Positions 52,682 to 61,188 of a stretch of DNA of 61,202 nucleotides are shown here, one piece after another; the first letter of the stretch is position 1; every line of letters starts with the position of its first letter. The stretch is from an uncultured Gammaproteobacteria bacterium. Its GTDB lineage: Bacteria > Patescibacteriota > Patescibacteriia > UBA11705. Below the pieces are notes generated by a model that made no database searches, was not told the origin of the DNA, and worked only from the letters and a program-made list of their open reading frames with translations. The DNA lies in assembly GCA_964592195.1 (NCBI GenBank), contig CAZQEI010000006.1, positions 1 to 61,202 on the forward strand, given 5' to 3'. A program made the position numbers and the translations under genes.

Positions 52682-53434
52682 ATGGGTGATGAAAATAGAT
52701 TGACGCGTGAAGAAGCTCTTTCCGGTTTAAAACATTTTAAGCGCTGGAACAATAAAAAGCCAGTAATGCTGCAGTTGATTATCGTTTGTTTGTTTATAGG
52801 CCTCGTTACAATATATTCATTGTATTTCAATGAATTTGGTCAAATCGCCATGATTGGTTGCCTATGTGTAGTATTTGTATGGGTTTTGTATATTTATCCA
52901 ATGCTGAGAATGAAGTATTCTGTTTATAAGTATGTCTTTGAAGATGAAAAACAAGAAGTGTTTTGGGCGGTAAAGCACAATAGGTCAAATAGATTCTATG
53001 TGTTTAATGAGCAATTGGATAATGTTGTTCCGACTGAGACTGTTATTAGAAGTGATTCAAAAGCATGGGTAAATGCTTGTTTACCAGTCATTATCAATGA
53101 TGTACCTCTTCAAGCAGAAATTAATATTCAGGTGCTATTGTCGCGTGAGCAAATGGAAACCAATCTTTATGGTGGACAAACTTCCGCCTCTTGGGTGGTA
53201 AATAAACAGGTTGAGCAATGGAAGGCTGGAGAAACAGTTAAGAATATAGAACGAATACCATTTACTAATGTTGAAAACTTTGTAATTTCTCAATTACCAA
53301 GACTTCGAGAATCATTGGCCTTGAGATTAGTCGGTTTTAATCCGCCTGAATTGAAGTATGTGTCTACTAGTTTTACTCAAAAAGGATTTATTGAAAAACA
53401 ATTGCAGATTGAGAAGGCAAGGGGAGATCGTTAA
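52682..53434 (+). CDS. 2-TM membrane protein with ~170-aa C-terminal domain
   Basis: AGGAGG RBS; two TM helices after a charged N-terminus; no motif recognised. Confidence 0.5.
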   Translation: MGDENRLTREEALSGLKHFKRWNNKKPVMLQLIIVCLFIGLVTIYSLYFNEFGQIAMIGCLCVVFVWVLYIYPMLRMKYSVYKYVFEDEKQEVFWAVKHNRSNRFYVFNEQLDNVVPTETVIRSDSKAWVNACLPVIINDVPLQAEINIQVLLSREQMETNLYGGQTSASWVVNKQVEQWKAGETVKNIERIPFTNVENFVISQLPRLRESLALRLVGFNPPELKYVSTSFTQKGFIEKQLQIEKARGDR

Positions 53435-53715
53435 TGTTTGTTGCTTTTTTAATTCTACTTGGTTTAATCTTTGTTCTGGGTTTGTTCTTCGGCTACATGC
53501 ACACTTGCTGGTCGCGAGTTAACTGCTGGATTTGGTTCGCCATTGGTTTTGCTATGTTTGCTATTGGGTTAGCGATGTGGAGTCAGACTAATAATTGTCC
53601 ACCATTCATATTAAGTTTCCTTTACAACCCAGTAACTGAATTGGTGCTGTGGTCATTAGGCTTTTTGGGAGGTAATGAGCTTGGTCGTAAGTTGGCGATC
53701 TTTGTTAATACATAA
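53434..53715 (+). CDS. Small polytopic membrane protein (93 aa)
   Basis: TAATG overlap with the upstream gene; 3 hydrophobic helices. Confidence 0.5.
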   Translation: MFVAFLILLGLIFVLGLFFGYMHTCWSRVNCWIWFAIGFAMFAIGLAMWSQTNNCPPFILSFLYNPVTELVLWSLGFLGGNELGRKLAIFVNT

Positions 53716-53720
53716 AAATA

Positions 53721-53744
53721 ACACCGTAAATGCGGTGTTTTTTC
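53721..53744 (+). terminator. Rho-independent terminator
   Basis: ACACCG ... CGGTGT then TTTTTT. Confidence 0.7.
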
Positions 53745-53759
53745 ATTATAAATAATAAT

Positions 53760-53884
53760 TCTATTTTGCGAGGAGGAGTATTTCATTTATTCCACGACGA
53801 CGCGGCAATCTCAGAATATATATGCCTTGAATGTTTACGTGTAGAGATTGCTTCGTCCCGATAAATCGGGACTCGCAAAAGAGG
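53760..53884. repeat. ~125-nt element with nested inverted repeats (TTTTGCGAG/CTCGCAAAA; GCAATCTC/GAGATTGC)
   Basis: 53764-53772 pairs with 53872-53880, and 53806-53813 pairs with 53844-53851. The motifs are shared with 11674-11836. Confidence 0.7.
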
Positions 53885-53903
53885 AAACATTTTTCATTTA
53901 AAC

Positions 53904-53928
53904 AAAAAATCCCGACCGATGTCGGGAT
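53904..53928 (-). terminator. Rho-independent terminator of the six-gene operon
   Basis: Minus strand: ATCCCGAC-ATCG-GTCGGGAT then TTTTTT. Confidence 0.8.
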
Positions 53929-53941
53929 TGTCTTTCAAATA

Positions 53942-54391
53942 TTATTTCGTATCAACAAATTTCTTGTGTTCTTCGATCTGACGTTCGATCTGAGTGATGA
54001 AACGTTCCGGAACCTTCCACGTGCGAAGTCTGCCTCGCCAAAGAGGATCTTCTTCAAATCGAGAGTAGGTGAGCTGAGTGTTGGAACGTCCGAGATAACC
54101 GGTCGCTACTTGATAAATATCGCCCACTCGGTTGTAGACGGTGATTCCATGACGAACCACTGAGATCGTAGCGGTAAACACCAAGTTTTCACCTTGACCT
54201 GATCGACCAAGATAGGCGTAAGCATGGGGGTCATTCAATACAGACGCTGAAACCACATACAATCCCAATGTATCACTTTCATAAATTTCCAAATCAGGAA
54301 AGTCAATTAGCAAATGTTGAATGAGATTGATTCTGATTTCAATATTTCTGATTCTTCGACTTTCCTTTTCTACGTATTCATGAATTTTCAT
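53942..54391 (-). CDS. Hypothetical protein, operon gene 6 (149 aa)
   Basis: AGGAGG RBS; GC-rich codon usage; DFPDLEIYESD segment paralogous-looking to gene 5. Confidence 0.6.
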   Translation of the reverse strand: MKIHEYVEKESRRIRNIEIRINLIQHLLIDFPDLEIYESDTLGLYVVSASVLNDPHAYAYLGRSGQGENLVFTATISVVRHGITVYNRVGDIYQVATGYLGRSNTQLTYSRFEEDPLWRGRLRTWKVPERFITQIERQIEEHKKFVDTK

Positions 54392-54419
54392 GGTGCCTCC
54401 TGTCGTTGGCGGTTAAGTC

Positions 54420-54902
54420 TCACAACAAACAAAAATCCATTCTTTCATGATTCATATGGGAGACCAAGTCTCTGAGTTGCTTAGCATATCTGATCATGCC
54501 GGACCAACCCAACTTTTCGAACTTGTTCTGCCACAGTTCGAGTTCGGAGATCTTGAATCGCGCCCCTTCACTCGGAAGAGGAGTGATTTCTTGAATGGTA
54601 AGGAAATTCTGCCAATCGAGAGAAAGATAGACCTTGATTATTCCAATATTCACATACGGAATAACTTTCATAACATACATATAGCCGTGAGCACGAGATT
54701 GAGCAAGCTTAAAAATCTTTCGTTCCAGCGTGACCTTGGGGTGACGGAGGACTTCCGGAGAAGTGAAAATGATGTTTCCATCTTCATCTCTTTGAACCTG
54801 GATGTCTGCAAATTCTTGATTGACCAGGTGAAGGTTTTTCAAATAATTCCCATGCAGTCGATGATCAGCTTCGAAAAATCGCAGATAGTCGGGGAGATTC
54901 AT
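54420..54902 (-). CDS. Hypothetical protein, operon gene 5 (160 aa)
   Basis: GAGGAGG RBS; EFADIQVQRDEDG segment. Confidence 0.6.
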   Translation of the reverse strand: MNLPDYLRFFEADHRLHGNYLKNLHLVNQEFADIQVQRDEDGNIIFTSPEVLRHPKVTLERKIFKLAQSRAHGYMYVMKVIPYVNIGIIKVYLSLDWQNFLTIQEITPLPSEGARFKISELELWQNKFEKLGWSGMIRYAKQLRDLVSHMNHERMDFCLL

Positions 54903-54911
54903 GGTACCTCC

Positions 54912-55337
54912 TCAGTCTGTATCCATTTCAGTTACGTAGAACTGAGTCCCACGAGGACATTGATTTTTGATATCATAGGCATCGTCTTCGATTGAAACAA
55001 AGTTGTCGTATACAAGCTTGTAGATCGGATGTTCGGACTCGCCATCAATGCGTTGAAGTAGGGTAACATGTGAATTTTCGAACAGTTCACACTTGTCACC
55101 CTTGATGACTTCACGAAATTGATTGCGAACCGGCGCGACGTTGATGACTTGGACCGCAGTCCTCTTCAACACCATAGCGCCATCACCGGGATTACGCATG
55201 GAGTTGAGTGTCACCAGCTCACGCTGAACGATCTTCGGCTCTTTTTCGTACTGAAGTTCCGAGTTGAAGTGAGCATAATCATGTTCCATACATCCGATCA
55301 TCAACGCGAAGCAGAGTGCGAGCACACTTATCCTCAT
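54912..55337 (-). CDS. Putative lipoprotein, operon gene 4 (141 aa)
   Basis: Signal peptide with lipobox-like MIGC (MRISVLALCFALMIGC). ATGA overlap with gene 3. Confidence 0.6.
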   Translation of the reverse strand: MRISVLALCFALMIGCMEHDYAHFNSELQYEKEPKIVQRELVTLNSMRNPGDGAMVLKRTAVQVINVAPVRNQFREVIKGDKCELFENSHVTLLQRIDGESEHPIYKLVYDNFVSIEDDAYDIKNQCPRGTQFYVTEMDTD

Positions 55338-55924
55338 CTTTGACTTCCTTTCGGCTTGAGTTTGAAAGCAGCCACTTTACGTTCGTGAAGCAACTTGCGT
55401 TCGCGCTCTCTTTCCATCCGATCGTCGAGGAAACACGTATCCAGATCCAATTCAGGAAGCAACGCATCACGATGCATCGTGAGAGGCATCATGTCGAGCT
55501 TGTATGGATCAGGTTTCAGCAATTCTAAAATTCCACGCATGGTTCGCTGATGAAGATCTTCATCATGAATTACCGGGGATTGTGGCATTAAAACTCCAAT
55601 ATCAAGATTTTTTCTGGCAAGAAGGATACTATCAGCAAACAGTCTCATTGAACCAGAAAAATCATCATCAACAATTAATAGTAATCTTCGATGATGAATG
55701 GATTCTTGTGTGTGGCTTTCAAAAACAGTATTCTCGGGAAAACGATAATCAGCCAGTTGACGCTGGAAATCAGCGCTGAATCTCCGCCTGGTTCCAAAGT
55801 CGAAAAGCGGTTCGATCTTCTTGTTCGGATCGATACCAATGCTTCTCAATGCATCATTATCGTCTCGGTAGGGGAACGCGTAGAATTGAACCTTAAGAAA
55901 ACTCAGATCAATTTTTTTACTCAT
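55334..55924 (-). CDS. Hypothetical protein, operon gene 3 (196 aa from MSKKIDL)
   Basis: ATG 55924 overlaps the gene-2 stop (ATGAGTAA). Contains FDFGTRRRF. Confidence 0.55.
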   Translation of the reverse strand: MSKKIDLSFLKVQFYAFPYRDDNDALRSIGIDPNKKIEPLFDFGTRRRFSADFQRQLADYRFPENTVFESHTQESIHHRRLLLIVDDDFSGSMRLFADSILLARKNLDIGVLMPQSPVIHDEDLHQRTMRGILELLKPDPYKLDMMPLTMHRDALLPELDLDTCFLDDRMERERERKLLHERKVAAFKLKPKGSQR

Positions 55925-56156
55925 TTCGAGTGTTGTCTCCGGGTTCGACTTCGGCTTCTCCACCCACGTCGGCTTGCGCTTCATCGTGTTGCCCTCCTGT
56001 ATTGTGCTTTGCATCAAACAATGGACCCATGACTCCACTCAGAACATTCGCGAAACGATCGTTGTCTACGGTGATTGTTCCATTTTTGGAAAGAAGGCTA
56101 ACAAATTCATTACAAAAAGGGAAATCTGAAGAAGGCTTCTTGATTTCGTCGCTCAT
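55917..56156 (-). CDS. Hypothetical acidic protein, operon gene 2 (79 aa)
   Basis: The start directly abuts the gene-1 stop (TAAATG). The N-terminus MSDEIKKP duplicates that of gene 1. Confidence 0.55.
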   Translation of the reverse strand: MSDEIKKPSSDFPFCNEFVSLLSKNGTITVDNDRFANVLSGVMGPLFDAKHNTGGQHDEAQADVGGEAEVEPGDNTRNE

Positions 56157-56567
56157 TTATTCATCTCCTTCAGGCAGTTCGGGGTTGAATTGAGGATTAT
56201 CAAAAAGGAATTTAACATCAGGATGCAGCATATGCTTTATCTCGATTTCAGAAAGCTTAATCACAGGCACACCACAGACTTGTCCGTCAGTAATTGTAAA
56301 AACTCGAGACAACTTATCAGATTCGGGAAATAAAGCACTAATCTTACCCATATCCAACTCAGGAATGAAATCGTATGACTCAGCCAACTTCAACCATTCA
56401 GGAGAAGTAGGCAGACAATGTGCCGGCCAATTGAACTCACGCCGAGTACCGAAATCAACCAACGACTTCTTCTGCAATAACCCCGCAAATGGTCCGGAAT
56501 CGAGATGAAGAAAATCAAAAGACTCGGGATCAATGAGAATGAGGGGCTTCTTGACTTCGTCGCTCAT
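56157..56567 (-). CDS. Hypothetical protein, operon gene 1 (136 aa)
   Basis: GAGGAG RBS; MSDEVKKP N-terminus; VDFGTRREF motif. Confidence 0.6.
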   Translation of the reverse strand: MSDEVKKPLILIDPESFDFLHLDSGPFAGLLQKKSLVDFGTRREFNWPAHCLPTSPEWLKLAESYDFIPELDMGKISALFPESDKLSRVFTITDGQVCGVPVIKLSEIEIKHMLHPDVKFLFDNPQFNPELPEGDE

Positions 56568-56687
56568 TTATTTCTCCTCGGCCCTTGGCCATGTGGTGTG
56601 TTGGCGCAACCCAAAAAATCACAATTGAATTTATATTGTAAATGAACGCCAAACCGCCCCCAAAGGCGGGGTAATTGGAAACATCTA
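56568..56687 (-). promoter_or_regulatory. Structured ~120-nt 5' leader of the six-gene operon
   Basis: Minus strand: hairpin ACCCCGCC-TTTG-GGGGCGGT, long-range pair TTGGCG...CGCCAA, and a 17-codon mini-ORF MFPITPPLGAVWRSFTI starting near the predicted TSS. Confidence 0.4.
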
Positions 56688-56716
56688 ATTATAGCACAAA
56701 TTTAAAATACTGTAAA
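56688..56716 (-). promoter_or_regulatory. Consensus extended -10 promoter of the six-gene operon
   Basis: Minus strand: TTTACA, 17 nt ending TGc, TATAAT. Confidence 0.7.
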
Positions 56717-56844
56717 GCATGAAATTGGCGCAGTTTTAGCCATTTTGCTAAAATTAGATAAATTTATAGACTGATTGTGTATAAATTATTGCAATTATTC
56801 CATTTTTCCATTAAAATATAAGCAAATTAATTTTTATTTAAATT

Positions 56845-58893
56845 ATGGCAAAAATGAAAGAATTGACCAAAGTCCGCCTGATTGTGGCCGGTATTGTGGT
56901 CGGTGCAGTTATTTTGGGCGTCTTGGTCTCTCCAGGCTTGGCAAACAAAAGTGTAGACTTTTTGAACAGCAAGCTCGGCCTTAGTATTTCTCATGTGTAC
57001 AATCTCCCGTTCTCTCTCGGTTTGGATCTGCAAGGTGGTACTCAGTTAACTTATGAAGCTGATACTTCTAAATTAAAGTCTGGAGATGAAGGTGCGGCTG
57101 TTGAAGGTGTGCGCGACGTGATTGAACGCCGTGTCAATGCTTTTGGCGTAGCAGAACCTTTAGTCCAAGTGAATCAATCTGGTGGCTCTTGGCGTGTATT
57201 AGTCGAATTAGCTGGTGTTAAGGATGTTAACCAAGCCATCAAAATGATTGGTGAAACTCCTTTACTAGAATTTAAAGAAACAAATACTCAACCGGCCAGA
57301 GAAATGACTGCGGCGGAAACGAAGGAAATGAATGACTTTAATAAAGCGGCGGAAATCAAAGCTGGTGATTTATTAAAACAAGCTAAAACTAACACTGACT
57401 TTGCGACTTTAGCAAAAACAAACTCAGAAGATAAAGTTACCAAAGAAAAAGGTGGTGACATGGGTTATGTGAAAGAAAGTCAATCAGTCTATAAATTAAT
57501 CTACGACGCAATTAATAAAGCTGTTCCAACTGAAGCTAAGGTTTGGGATAAAGTGATTAAAACTGATGAAGGTTACAATATAGTTAGATTTGATTCATCT
57601 CGCGATGGTGAAACTGAAGTTAAAGCAAGCCATTTGTTGATCTGTTTTAAAGATGCTTCTGGTTGTGAAAATAATACCACCAAAGAAGAAGCTTTGAAAA
57701 AAATCACTGATTTGAAAGCTACCGCTTCAGTAAAAAATTTCGCTGATTTAGTTAAGATTAATTCTACGGAACCAGGAGCTGATAGTTCTGCTGGTGATTT
57801 GGGTTTCTTCACACGTGGTATGATGGTGAAAGAATTTTCTGATAAGGCTTTTACAATGAAAGTCGGAGAAATTTCTGATCCCGTGGAAACTCAATTTGGT
57901 TATCATTTAATTTACAAAACAGGGGAGAATGCTCCGAAAGAATTTAAATTATCCCGAATTTTGTTAAAAACTAAAACTTCAAAAGATTTCTTACCTCCAA
58001 CTGAACCCTATATTTCTACCGGTTTAACTGGTAAAAACTTAAAGAAAGCTACTGTTGAATTTGATCAGACTAATACTCAACCTATGGTAGGTTTAGAGTT
58101 TGATGACACTGGTAAAAAATTATTTAGCGAAATTACATCACGAAATGTCGGAAAAAAAGTCGCTATTTATTTAGATGGTGAATTGCTAAGCGATCCAGTG
58201 GTTAACGAAGCAATAACTGATGGCAAAGCTGTAATTCAAGGTAGTTTCGATGTGGCTAAAGCGAAATTATTATCTCAACGTTTGAACGCTGGTGCGTTGC
58301 CAATTCCGATTAACTTGATCAGTCAACAAACTGTTGGTGCTTCATTAGGTCAAAAATCCCTGGAAGCCAGCTTGTTCGCAGGCTTTATCGCCTTTATGTT
58401 GGTGGTATTATTCATGATTCTATATTATCGACTTCCAGGTTTATTTGCTTCATTGGCACTCTGTGTCTATGCGTTTATCGTATTATTCTTATTCAAGTTA
58501 ATTCCAGTCACTTTAAGTTTGTCAGGTATCGCTGGTTTCATCCTGTCCGTCGGTATTGCGGTGGATGCGAACGTCTTGATTTTTGAACGTTTGAAAGAAG
58601 AATTACGTGCTGGTAAGCCATTAGGCTCAGCTATTGATGAAGGTTTCAAGCGAGCTTGGCCATCTATTCGTGATGGTAATGTTTCAACCTTAATAACTTG
58701 TTTCATCTTGGCCTGGTTTGGTTCAGGTTTGATTAAAGGTTTTGCTATTACCTTGACCATTGGTATTTTAGTCAGTTTATTCTCTGCCATGGTCGTTACT
58801 CGTTATTTTATCAAGTTAATAATTGCCAATCATAAAATTGCTGGAAAATTCTGGCTGTTTGGCGCCAAGAATCATAAAGCGGAAAATAACTAA
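56845..58893 (+). CDS. secD: Protein translocase subunit SecD with tandem parvulin (PpiC)-type PPIase insertion
   Basis: [22 protein letters not shown] and the C-terminal TM bundle are canonical SecD. Residues ~146-385 hold two parvulin-like units; the second reads ASHLLICF...[15 protein letters not shown]...GYHLIYK. Confidence 0.9.
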   Translation: MAKMKELTKVRLIVAGIVVGAVILGVLVSPGLANKSVDFLNSKLGLSISHVYNLPFSLGLDLQGGTQLTYEADTSKLKSGDEGAAVEGVRDVIERRVNAFGVAEPLVQVNQSGGSWRVLVELAGVKDVNQAIKMIGETPLLEFKETNTQPAREMTAAETKEMNDFNKAAEIKAGDLLKQAKTNTDFATLAKTNSEDKVTKEKGGDMGYVKESQSVYKLIYDAINKAVPTEAKVWDKVIKTDEGYNIVRFDSSRDGETEVKASHLLICFKDASGCENNTTKEEALKKITDLKATASVKNFADLVKINSTEPGADSSAGDLGFFTRGMMVKEFSDKAFTMKVGEISDPVETQFGYHLIYKTGENAPKEFKLSRILLKTKTSKDFLPPTEPYISTGLTGKNLKKATVEFDQTNTQPMVGLEFDDTGKKLFSEITSRNVGKKVAIYLDGELLSDPVVNEAITDGKAVIQGSFDVAKAKLLSQRLNAGALPIPINLISQQTVGASLGQKSLEASLFAGFIAFMLVVLFMILYYRLPGLFASLALCVYAFIVLFLFKLIPVTLSLSGIAGFILSVGIAVDANVLIFERLKEELRAGKPLGSAIDEGFKRAWPSIRDGNVSTLITCFILAWFGSGLIKGFAITLTIGILVSLFSAMVVTRYFIKLIIANHKIAGKFWLFGAKNHKAENN

Positions 58894-58899
58894 AATACT

Positions 58900-59832
58900 A
58901 TGAAAGAATTAGCTGTTATTCAAAAACGCCGCATCTACATGTCAATTTCCATTATTTTCGTAGTCCTTAGCATTGTGTCAATTTTGATGTGGGGATTTAA
59001 ATTGGGCATTGATTTTACCAGCGGTAGTTTGCTCGAAGTACGTTTTGCCGGTGTGACTCCAACAGTGGATGAAATTAATCAAAATTTAAATGATTTAAAA
59101 TTAGGAGAAACCTTTACTGTCCAGCCTACTGATGCCAATGGTTTTATTATCAAATATCAAAACATTGAAGAAAAGGTTCACCAAGACATTTTGAATAGTT
59201 TCAAAGCCAAATATGAGTCAAAGGATCAAGCAGGAAAAGTAGTTTTGGAACAGAGATTTGATTCTATTGGTCCATCGATTGGAAAAGAACTGAGAACAAA
59301 AGCCTTTTATTCCATTATTCTAGTTAATGTTTGTATTATCTTATATGTAGCCTGGTCATTTAGAAAAGTGTCTTTCCCTGTTCAATCCTGGAAATTCGGT
59401 GTGGCCGCAATTTTAGCGCTATTACACGATATTATAATTACCATGGGTGTTTTCTCTGTCTTAGGTCATTTTGCGGGTATTGAAATTAATATACCTTTCA
59501 TTGTTGCCTTGTTAACTATTCTCGGTTATTCAGTTAACGATACCATAGTGGTCTTTGACCGTATTCGTGAAAACTTGACTAAATTACCTCGTTTGGATTT
59601 TGAATCCTTAGTTAATCGTAGTATTAATGAAACATTTGCTCGTTCTATTAATACGTCAATGACAGTTTTATTAGTGTTATTAGCTGTCTGCTTATTCGGT
59701 GGTGAATCAATCAGATACTTTGCATTAGCGCTAATTATTGGTGTATTTTGTGGAACATATAGCTCAATCTTCATTGCTAGTCCGATTTTGGTGGTTTGGG
59801 AGAAGTTTGTTCGAAATCGAAATAATGAGTAG
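58900..59832 (+). CDS. secF: Protein translocase subunit SecF
   Basis: GIDFTSGS, a six-TM topology, and SVNDTIVVFDRIRE. Confidence 0.93.
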   Translation: MKELAVIQKRRIYMSISIIFVVLSIVSILMWGFKLGIDFTSGSLLEVRFAGVTPTVDEINQNLNDLKLGETFTVQPTDANGFIIKYQNIEEKVHQDILNSFKAKYESKDQAGKVVLEQRFDSIGPSIGKELRTKAFYSIILVNVCIILYVAWSFRKVSFPVQSWKFGVAAILALLHDIIITMGVFSVLGHFAGIEINIPFIVALLTILGYSVNDTIVVFDRIRENLTKLPRLDFESLVNRSINETFARSINTSMTVLLVLLAVCLFGGESIRYFALALIIGVFCGTYSSIFIASPILVVWEKFVRNRNNE

Positions 59833-59848
59833 AATATAATGAAAAAGA

Positions 59849-59872
59849 ATCCGGGAAATCCGGATCTTTTTT
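59849..59872 (+). terminator. Rho-independent terminator
   Basis: ATCCGG-GAAAT-CCGGAT then TTTTTT. Confidence 0.75.
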
Positions 59873-59937
59873 ATTTACTGAATAGAAGCCTTGACAAATC
59901 CCCATTTTTTAGTAAGATATGATAATACAGTACACTC

Positions 59938-59966
59938 TTGACAATAAATATAAAAGGTGTTATATT
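59938..59966 (+). promoter_or_regulatory. Promoter of the sigma-like gene (second of two tandem candidates)
   Basis: TTGACA, 17 nt ending TGt, TATATT. An upstream TTGACA at 59891 with TAAGAT is a second candidate. Confidence 0.5.
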
Positions 59967-60022
59967 AAACCTGTAACAAATAATTATAATAATGTTTGCT
60001 TGTCGGCAACGTTAATGTAAAT

Positions 60023-61138
60023 ATGAATAGTAATGAAAACAACAACCATTTTGAAGGTTTTTTCACTCAATTGTTGAATGAACTTTCAGAACGTGAACGT
60101 GAAGTGTTGCAAAAGCGTTACCAGTTAACGAGCGATGTGGCACAAAAGAACACGTTGAAGCAAATTGGCGATACCTATGGTATTACCCGCGAACGCGTCC
60201 GACAAATCGAACGTGAAGCGATCAACAAACTTGACAAGCTTACCGCTTTGGAAAGTTACAAAGCTCAGCTTGACGAATTGGAAGCCTCATTGCAAACCTT
60301 TATGGAACGCAAGGGTGGATTGGTAGTGGAAAAAGATTTAGTCAACGAATATGTGGCTGACAATCATAGTTTCGACACTTTACATCAAAATGCTTTCTTA
60401 TTCGTAATCGAATTTTTGATTGATAGCATTGACCGTGTCGAAGAGTCTGATGATTTCTACGCACACTGGCGTTTGACCGAATTGGCTCATGATGATTTTA
60501 ATAAGATTGTCACTGAGGTCATTAACCAATTCGAACAATCCAAGCAAGTGTCCGAAGAAGAAGCTCTTTTCAACTTAGTCAAAGAACGATTGTTAACTGA
60601 CTTAAAAGTAGATTTCTTAAAGTCATTATTTGAAAAACATACAGATTTACAACCAGAAGCAGTTATTGCCTCTTACTTGGCAACTACTAAGAAGGTTGAA
60701 AAAAATATTTTAGGTCACTGGGGATTGGCTGAATGGCCAGAAGTCAAACCTAAGAAATTGTCTGATAAGATTCATTTGATCTTCAAACGCTCTGCTAAAC
60801 CTTTACACTTCCGAGATGTGGCTCAAAACATCAATGAAGCCGGGTTTGACCGCAAGAACATTTGCGCGGCTACAGTTCACAATGAATTGATTGCCAACGG
60901 TGGATACGTCTTGATCGGTCGTGGTATCTATGCTCGTAAAGAGTGGGGTTATACTCCGGGTACTGTAGCTGACATTATTGCGGAAATCATTCGCCAAACT
61001 GGCAAACCAATGAGCAAGGAAGAAATTTACGCTGAAGTTTTGAAACAACGCCAAGTCAACCCGTCAACTATTTATTTGTCTTTGATCAACAAGGATAAAT
61101 TCCAAAAGCACGGTAATGGCTTGTTCGACGTCAAGTAA
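60023..61138 (+). CDS. Sigma-70 region-4-like HTH + C-terminal HARE-HTH domain protein
   Basis: EREVLQKRYQL...LKQIGDTYGITRERVRQIEREAINKL is sigma region 4. The C-terminus KPLHFRDVAQNI...YVLIGRGIYARKEWGY resembles the HARE-HTH of RpoE-delta/ASXL. No region 2 was seen. Confidence 0.7.
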   Translation: MNSNENNNHFEGFFTQLLNELSEREREVLQKRYQLTSDVAQKNTLKQIGDTYGITRERVRQIEREAINKLDKLTALESYKAQLDELEASLQTFMERKGGLVVEKDLVNEYVADNHSFDTLHQNAFLFVIEFLIDSIDRVEESDDFYAHWRLTELAHDDFNKIVTEVINQFEQSKQVSEEEALFNLVKERLLTDLKVDFLKSLFEKHTDLQPEAVIASYLATTKKVEKNILGHWGLAEWPEVKPKKLSDKIHLIFKRSAKPLHFRDVAQNINEAGFDRKNICAATVHNELIANGGYVLIGRGIYARKEWGYTPGTVADIIAEIIRQTGKPMSKEEIYAEVLKQRQVNPSTIYLSLINKDKFQKHGNGLFDVK

Positions 61139-61165
61139 TTACATTATCTTCAATATAACAAAAAA

Positions 61166-61188
61166 TCGGGCACCTAGCTCGGTTTTTT
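61166..61188 (+). terminator. Rho-independent terminator
   Basis: TCGGGC ... GCTCGG stem (with G-U pairs) then TTTTTT. Confidence 0.6.
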
